Part shown: positions 55,731 to 64,000 of the stretch, one piece after another | How the letters are laid out: each line of letters starts with the position of its first letter | Numbering within the stretch: the stretch's first letter is position 1 | Assembly: GCA_964016885.1 (NCBI GenBank) | Contig: OZ024743.1 | Coordinates: forward strand, 242,544,001 to 242,608,000 | Direction of reading: 5' to 3' | DNA length: 64,000 nt | Source of the DNA: Eledone cirrhosa | Lineage: Eukaryota | The notes under the pieces: model-generated | Told to the model about the DNA's origin: nothing | Databases searched by the model: none | The model's input: only the letters and a program-made list of their open reading frames with translations | Translations under genes and position numbers: made by a program

Positions 55731-58455
55731 TGATCTGTTCGGACGTTCTTCTTGCTCGCTCCCAGTAAGTCGCTTTATGTACCTGTTATAATTATTTGTT
55801 GTTAAATTTTTCTTGTTGTGTTGGAGATATAAGCCCTTGGACTTTGCCCTGTGACGGGGAACGTATAATATTTGGGCCTTTTGGTCTAAATATTTGAAGA
55901 ATATTTAAATATTTTACTTTTGAAAATAAAATTAAAAAAAAAAACATGGCTGAGCCACGCCCACCAGCAATATGTCTGCTGTCGTGTGACAACGGCGTAA
56001 AAGTTGAGAGGAGGGTTAGTGAAATTCATACAACAGACACCACCACAAACAACGTGAACAAAGACAACACTGAGAACACTAATTTTGAAAAAATTACCAC
56101 ACTAACTACAACAATAACAGCGTCAACCAAAATACAGACAACAGAAAAAAAAATGACAACAAATGCAACAACGATATTAACACCACTAACAAGAAAATAA
56201 ACAACGACAATACGAACAGCAACAATACAAATTGCACCGAGAACAACAACAACGGTGGCACCAGAAACACAACCAACTACAACAGTTATAACAGCAACAA
56301 CACCAACAACACTGTTTGTAGCAGTAGCAACAGCAACAACACCAACAACAAGACCAGTAGCACCAGTAGCGGCAGCAATAATGGTGCCGCTGAAAAAGGG
56401 GCCACTTCTTTCGCAGGTGTGGTCCGAAATATAGAAACAGTGCTAGTCACGGAGGAGGAGGTGGCAGTCGCAAGAGCCATGGTGTCGAGAAATGACAATA
56501 GAGTTTCCCTGAAACCTCCACCCGATTTCTTCAAAGACCAGCAGCTGCGCATGGTGACTTACCGCACCGTAAAAAAAATGACACATAGGGTGGGGAGAGC
56601 CACGGAGGCCCAAATCGAAAAGGCCTTGGGGTACGTCTGGGCGCGCAAAACCCACATCACCCGAGGTAAAAAGTACGCCACAGTAGACGTACTTTTCGCT
56701 ACCCCCCAAGAGGCGAAGCCTCACTCTTTGGAAACCCTAAAGAGTAAGGAGATAGTCTTGGTGCCCTCCTACAGCGGGCAGAAAATTGTGAGGGTCAAAG
56801 TGACCCAGGTCCCGCCCGACGTGCTCATACCTTGCGAAGAGAGAACTGGTCAGGAATAGGCATGCAAAGGCTAATACAGACTGATCAAGAGTGCATCGAG
56901 GCCATCCCAGACATCATAGACCTCGAAGAAGGGCTCCAACTCCCTATAATCGTGGAAGGTAGGCGCCCAAAGTGCTATTTCTGTGGACAGAAGGGTCACC
57001 TCAGGGCCTTCTGCCCGCAGAAGACAGCCAAGAAGAGAGCCCCCTCCTTCCGACGCCTGATCCGTTGCTACCAAGAGCAGGGCAGGCAACAGAGGCAGAA
57101 GACTCTTCTATGGTGAGTAGGAGGGCAACGCCCGTGGCACGGACAACTAAAGCAGCGGCAGCAGTGGCGGTAACACCCACAGTCGCAGTAGCTACACCGG
57201 CGGCAAAATCGCCGGAGCGAGCTTCACTACCACCACCAACGGCAGTGGAGCTCATACCCCTCCCAGACGCCACGGAATCTGACATGGCGTATGAGGCGGG
57301 AGGGAAGTGGCAAACGGTCTGCCACAAAAAACAAAAAAGGAAAAACCCCTTAGCTTCACCCTCCAAAAGTGAAGGCAGACAAAGAGGGGTAAAGGCTGCA
57401 AGGAGACTTGCAGCAATACCACCACCATCACCATCACCACCGCAAGTATCACCACCAACAACAACCACACCACCACCAACATTGCAAACACAACAAAACA
57501 CACACATCCAACAGCAACAAAATCACCCCTCACCTCAAAAATCTACACAGCCATAAACATGGCAAATAAAGAACTCCTCCAACATATAAAGCAGCACACA
57601 GACATTACATAAAAAAACTACTAGACCACACCAACATCAAGAACTCTCCCGACAAACATTAACATCATTGAAATCAAAATAGAACACTACAAACTTTTAA
57701 AACAAAAATTCCCCAACGCAGTTGGAGACTTCAGAGGTTCGGTTACCAAGAGGATATACACCGATATCTTCTTGGAAACACCCATGACCAGCCAAAGGGA
57801 CGGTTCTCAGTAGAACCGTCCCTTCACCACACGATCAAGGTAAGTGATCCTTTCTCACTTACCCCGTTTCTCATCCAACATGGCCGTACTTAGAATAGGC
57901 AGTATAACTGTACGTGGCCTGGGGTCATCTTGGAAGCAGGGTCACCTGCTCAACGACCTCAGGTCACTAAACATAGATGTGGGGGCCATCAGCGAGACCA
58001 CCAGAATCTCCGAAGCGCGAGCCTTCGCACCGATCTTCGGTGGCTACGATGTATACGCATCTCCCAGCCGTCCAGGATCGGGGGGAGGGGTTGCCGTGCT
58101 TTTTCGGAGAGGCTTGGATCTCGCCATACGGGCCATCTTCCTGGACCCAGAAGGTAAGTCGGTGTTGCTGGACGTGACCGGCAGCGAAGGCAATGCTTTC
58201 AGGCTAGTAGCCGTCTACGCTCCAACAGGGGCAGGACGGCCAGATTTCTTCAGACGTCTAGAGACCTTTCTTGGAACGTCCCGCTCTTTAGTGTTAGTGG
58301 GCGATTGGAATGGTATCTTAGATGCACGCTGGGATTATGTGGGGCTAGTAGACTGGGCCGGAGGGTATAAAAGCCTCAACAACCTGCTCAGACCGTTTGA
58401 ACTGTCTGAGAGGTATAGACTGGATTATCCGAATGTGCCAATGTGGACATGGTCA
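55731..58455 (+). mobile_element. Second Tx1/L1-type LINE: 5' UTR, disrupted ORF1 and AP endonuclease, 3'-truncated
   Basis: IIVEGRRPKCYFCGQKGHLRAFCP. APE region FFRRLETFLGTSRSLVLVGDWNGILDARWDY is nearly identical to the 50448-51293 protein. Homology stops after WTW (~58452). Starts at an (ATT)n SINE tail. Confidence 0.88.
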
Positions 58456-59084
58456 AAAGCATTGTTTAAATATAAAGGCTTTTGTGATTTCTTCAGCAAT
58501 GAAACCACTACAATTAGATATCTTGATTGAGGGCAGCTACGAGCAGCTTTTTACTTCTATTAAGTCCATATATAGCCGAAAGTGGATTTAATTATAAATC
58601 CAGTATCAAATAGAAAACAATTAATCAGTTTAACATCGATGGATGTTATTACCTAATAATTCAAACACAGACGATTTTATCTTAGTATTCGTGTTATTGG
58701 TAACGGCTTTCGCTCCGATCCATCTCATTGAGAATTTAAACTTCATTTAAAATCTATTTTATTATTAATTTGAAAAGGCACGTGACTGAGTGGTAAAAGA
58801 ATTGGATTCGCAATTGTGAGGTTGTGAGTTCGATTCCTGAACCGGGGGATTCGTTATCTCCTTGAGCAAGACACTATATTTCACCTTGCTCCTTTTACCT
58901 GGAGTTGCGACCGATAGATAGTATTGGCAATTGGAAAGACCAACGGAAACATTGTTTCCTCGGTCCGATTTGACGAAAGTCGTTCGACTTTGGATTCATG
59001 AATGTCACATGGACGAAATATTGGTGACACGTAATCTCAGCTGGTTTGGGTATTACGTTGATTGGCGGGGACAAGAGACACAAG

Positions 59085-60810
59085 GGATACGGTGTTTAGG
59101 TAAAAGTGAGACAACATATATTGTTAAGGCGCAATTGAGATAAAAGAAAAACACAGTATTGAGGCTCAAGTGAAATACAAGAAAGACAGTATTGAGACTC
59201 AAGTGAGATACAAGAAACACTGTTGAGGATCAAGTGAGATACAAGACAGAGTGTTGAGGCTCAAGTGAGATACAAGACACAGTGTTGAGGATCAAGTGAG
59301 ATACAAGACACAGTGTTGAGGATCAAGTGAGATACAAGACAGAGTGTTGAGGCTCAAGTGAGATACAAGACACAGTGTTGAGGCTCAAGTGAGATACAAG
59401 ACACAGTGTTGAGGATCAAGTGAGATACAAGTGAAACAGTGTTGAGACTCAAGTGAGATACACGACACAGTGTTGAGGCTCAAGTGAGATACAAGACACA
59501 GTGTTGAGGATCAAGTGAGATACAAGTGAAACAGTGTTGAGACTCAAGTGAGATACACGAAAGACAGTGTTGAGGCTCAAGTGAGATACAAGTGAAACAG
59601 TGTTGAGACTCAAGTGAGATACACGAAAGACAGTGTTGAGGCTCAAGTGAGATATAAGACACAGTATTGAGGATCAAGTGAGATACAAGAAAGACAGTGT
59701 TGAGACTCAAGTGAGATACACGAAAGACAGTGTTGAGGCTCAAGTGAGATATAAGACACAGTATTGAGGATCAAGTGAGATACAAGAAAGACACAGTGTT
59801 GAGACTCAAGTGAGATACAAGACACAGTGCTGAGGATCAAGTGAGATACAAGAAAGACACAGTGTTGAGACTCAAGTGAGATACACGAAAGACAGTGTTG
59901 AGGCTCAAGTGAGATATAAGACACAGTATTGAGGATCAAGTGAGATACAAGAAAGACACAGTGTTGAAACTCAAGAGAGATATAAGACACAGTGTTGAGG
60001 CTCAAGTGAGATACAAGACACAGTATTGAGGATCAAGTGAGATACAAGAAAGACACAGTGTTGAGACTCAAGTGAGATACAAGACACAGTGTTGAGGATC
60101 AAGTGAGATACAAGAAAGACACAGTGTTGAGACTCAAGTGAAATACAAGACACAGTGCTGAGAATCAAGTGAGATACAAGAAAGACAGTGTTGCGACTCA
60201 AGTGAAATACAAGACACAGTGTTGAGGCTCAAGTGAGATACAAGACACACTGTTGAGGCTCAAGAGAGATATAAGGCACAGTGTTGAGGCTCAAGTGAAA
60301 TACAAGAAAGACACAGTGTTGAGGCTCAAGTGAGATACAAGAAAGACACAGTGTTGAGGCTCAAGTGAGATACAAGACACAGTATTGAGACTCAAGTGAG
60401 ATACAAGATACAGTATTGAGACTCAAGTGAGATACAAGACACAGTGTTGAGGATCAAGTGAGATACAAGACACAGTATTGAGACTCAAGTGAGATACAAG
60501 ATACAGTATTGAGACTCAAGTGAGATACAAGACACAGTGTTGAGGATCAAGTGAAATACAAGACACAGTATTGAGACTCAAGTGAGATACAAGATACAGC
60601 ATTGAGACTCAAGTGAGATACAAGACACAGTGTTGAGGATCAAGTGAGATACAAGACACAGTATTAAGACTCAAGTGAGATACAAGATACAGTATTGAGA
60701 CTCAAGTGAGATACAAGACACAGTGTTGAGACTCAAGTGAGATACAAGAAAGACACAGTGTTGAGGATCAAGTGAGATACAAGAAAGACGAAAGACACAG
60801 TGTTGTAGCA
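59085..60810. repeat. ~29-33 bp minisatellite
   Basis: About 50 units of GACACAGTGTTGAG(GA/GC/AC)TCAAGTGAGATACAA with optional GAAA insert; no unique spacers. Confidence 0.95.
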
Positions 60811-61219
60811 TAACTGAGACAAAGAGGACACAATCTTAAAAACAAGAAGCATCTGTTAATGCCCTCGATGTGACACAACATCTGTCATTACCACGGCTGT
60901 GACATAACAACTGTTACTACCATAAATGTGACATAAAATCTGTTCTTACTATCTGTTCTGATACTATCCAGGATGTAACACATCTGTTACTATCAAAGAT
61001 GTGATACAACATCTGTTACAACCACGGTTGTGACACAATATCTCATATTGCCATGACTGTGTCAAACGAAACAAACTATTCACCAAGACGACACTATAGA
61101 CTGGGGATAACAAGCAATAATAATAACCGTAACAACATTGTTCTACCTCACTCCTCTGTTCACAAAATTTATACGGTTCCTTGTAAAATATACATCACAA
61201 ACGTGGGCATAGTATATAT

Positions 61220-61559
61220 CAGAGTTTCTCAAAATTTAGGGGCCACCGACCCCCTCACGGCCACGTAATACCCTCAGTGCCCCCAACCCTATTTCCTGAG
61301 AGACCTGCCTACACGGAAATTGTAAATAATATATAATAAATAAAATCATTAATTTATATATAATAAATAATATTATATATGCTAAGTATAAATAAATATC
61401 ATATATTTTTTTATTTTACTATATTTATCTGTAATATGTATCATTTGATATATAATATACTATTATATCATCTCTACCACCACTCACTTAGGCCACATCG
61501 TGCCCTCGGCCTGCTCAACGCTCCTCGGGGGGAAGTAGCGCCCACTTTGAGAATCTCTG
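61220..61559. mobile_element. hAT-type MITE
   Basis: TIRs CAGAGTTTCTCAAA / TTTGAGAATCTCTG with a perfect 8-bp TSD GTATATAT (61212-61219 and 61560-61567). Confidence 0.85.
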
Positions 61560-62687
61560 GTATATATAATGTGTAACTCTGAAGCAATGCAACAAAAGAA
61601 AAACATGGTCATATCCCTTTTCATCAGCAACCTACTGAAGATCAATCACGAAGATTTCAGTGCTTTAAAGTTAGTATAATTCATTCCAGCTCATATGAGA
61701 TAGCAACACAACTAAACAAGATGGGAAAATTCGTTGAAATAGGTGAGAGTAAGTGTTTTCTAGCAAATTCACGTATAAGATGTAAAACATGTACGTATAT
61801 CGATGAAACAAGCTACAATGTGCAACACTTGGCCAGAAGGAAATATATGTATATATATTTATAAATATATATGAATGTATGTATAGTATATTTGGCAATA
61901 TACTGTATGTTTAATTAAAAACATTTTAAAGACCATTCGCTATGAGTTTTAAAGTAGTGACTATGTCACTTATTCTCGGCAAAAAACAAAGGAGAGTGAT
62001 TGACAGTCTGTTTCTCGCGTTTATCAAGACCACACACTTCCCTGCTTCAGCCGAGATTTATAGAAACTGGCTTCTTATAGAATTCCAGTAATATTTAAGA
62101 GCTAATTAAACAGAGCGATTGCCGGTCCAGCAAAAATTAAGTATTAGTATTGGGGCTCTAAAATAGCGATGTATACATGAATGTATGTATAGTGTATTTG
62201 GCAACATACTGTATGTTTAATTAAAAACATTTTGAAGATCATTCGCTATGAGTTATAAGAGAGGCATATATGTCTACTCCTCTTCCTATTTTATAAAGCC
62301 CGAATTGATAATTTATATATATATATAAACGGAAAAAATGAAACGAAATTTCATTTCACACTCTTAGTACGGCTGTTACTTAAATATAAGTATGTACACG
62401 TACATACATATATGTATACAGACGTACAGTAGTATGTATATATATATACATACATGCACACATATATATATATGTACGTATGGACGTATGTATGTACGTA
62501 TACATACTTATATTTAAGTAACAGCCGTACTAAGAGTGAGAAATGAAATTTTGTTTCATTTTTTGCCGCTTATCGTTTTCGGTGCGCCCGGCCGATTAAC
62601 TCACTCAATATGCAAATTAGGCTGCTGAGCCGTTAATATGCATAAGGAAAGTGTTGTATGGACTGGGAATCGAACTCACAACCTCAT

Positions 62688-62927
62688 TGTTGTATGGACT
62701 GTTAAATTTCTATTCAATTTACACGTGCTCACACACTTGCATATGAATCACGTGACCTGGGCAGTCAGTCAGCGTTGGTATTAAAAACTCGGTCACAGAC
62801 TGCTACTTACTTACTTTATGTTATTCTGCTACTGCGAGGAGGGGCGTTTTGGTTGTTTCGCAAATTACACAAATTATTTGATATAACTCGTTGTGTTTTC
62901 TCTGCGAGTACCGAGAGGAATACAACA
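62688..62927 (+). mobile_element. 5' LTR of a Gypsy-type retrotransposon followed by a PBS
   Basis: TGTTGTA...TACAACA inverted ends; PBS-like TGGCGTCGCCGATAGGAT at ~62936. The start could instead be 62652 (duplicated TGTTGTATGGACTG). Confidence 0.7.
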
Positions 62928-63012
62928 GAGTTTATTGGCGTCGCCGATAGGATTTACCTACATTGCCGATAGGATTTACCTACATTGCCGAGAAATTGTT
63001 TATCACAAAAAC

Positions 63013-64000
63013 ATGGCGGAACAACAAACAGCGGAGCTAATAAAGTTGTTTAGAGAACAGATGGAACAACAAATGCAACAACAGGAACAACAAATGCAAC
63101 AACACAAGAAAGATATGGACACTCTGATAAAACTGTTTGGTGCTCGAGATTCTGAACAACAGAGTTTATTGGCGTCGCCAGTTGCTTCGACACCAACACC
63201 ATTCATCCCACCATTTGCTGCTTTTGATTCAACAACAGAACTATGGCCTGATTACTGGTCAAGATTATGCACGTTTGTGGCTGCTAACGCTGTACCCGAG
63301 CAACGCATGGCACAAGTGTTCCTGACTAATCAGACGGCTGCTATCTACAAACAACTTGCAAATCTGGCTGCTCAACAAAATCCGCCTAAGAATATCAACA
63401 AGTTGACAATGGACGAAATTGTTGACTTCATGAAAGAACAGTTCGACCCAAAACTTTTCATTGTGAGAGAACGTTTCAAGTTCTGAAGTGACATGCAACG
63501 GAAGCCAGGCGAAACTCTCCAGGAGCTGGCAGCACGTATACGTCAGGATGTAGCTACCTGTGATTTTCCTTCGATCACAAATCCACAAGATGAAGCTCTA
63601 AGACAGAGATTTATATGTTCTGTCAATAATGAAGCTGTGTTGAAGGCTATTTTCAAGATCAAGGATACAGAACTAGATTTCGCCCGTGCTGTCCAAGTTG
63701 CCATCGGGACCGAAGACGCAGCAAAGGTTGCCAAGGAAACTGTTTAGGGTTCCAAAACCAAGCAAGTCTACAAGGTCCAGCAGAACAAGAACAAGGGTCC
63801 TCGAAAGAACTATCAGCAGTCTTATTCCACAGACCAGGAGATGTGCTACCGATGTGGAAAGGCCCACAAAGCGACAGACTGCCCCTTCAAAGAAGCCAAA
63901 TGTCATTTTTGTGACAAAAAGGGACATTTGCAAGCGGTGTGTAGAAAGAAACAACATCAGCAACGTAATCATCGCTCACAGAATTACGTGAAAAGAATCA
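63013..64000 (+). pseudogene. Gypsy (Mag/K02A2.6-like) gag with in-frame stops, runs off window
   Basis: FDSTTELWPDYWSR, IVRERFKF*SDMQRKPGETLQELAARIRQ..C.F, and two knuckles CYRCGKAHKATDC and CHFCDKKGHLQAVC. Stops at 63486 and 63747. Confidence 0.88.

Noticed and set aside
59085-60810. CRISPR-like regular array
   Set aside because: Contiguous ~30 bp units with no unique spacers, no cas genes and a eukaryotic context; it is a minisatellite.
61860-62255. ~100 bp direct repeat pair (similar sequence near 33150)
   Set aside because: Looks like fragments of a dispersed AT-rich repeat, with no termini, ORF or structure to support a call.

Overview
Eukaryotic, AT-rich, repeat-saturated window. The SINE and microsatellite content strongly resembles an Octopus (cephalopod) genome; this is inference, not a database result. 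No intact host gene is visible, only one candidate short exon. Most ORFs in the track are microsatellite artefacts. Recognisable transposon content: a near-full-length R4/Dong-type RLE LINE in (CATA)n, a near-full-length Tx1/L1-type LINE in (GATA)n, a second 3'-truncated Tx1-type LINE, RTE, mariner, hAT-MITE, piggyBac-like MITE and Helitron remnants, the 5' end of a Gypsy element, and many tRNA-derived SINEs. The most striking signal is non-coding. About a dozen full or near-full type I hammerhead ribozyme (HHR) motifs plus several half-motifs occur in many unrelated short element families. These elements form ~520-570 bp head-to-tail or circularly permuted monomers and outward-facing inverted pairs, mostly within (TA)n tracts, and a Penelope-type GIY-YIG endonuclease remnant lies next to one pair. 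This looks like a diverse retrozyme / Penelope-pLTR system that could produce self-cleaving, possibly circular, RNAs. All folds and alignments were done by eye and coordinates may be off by a few bases.
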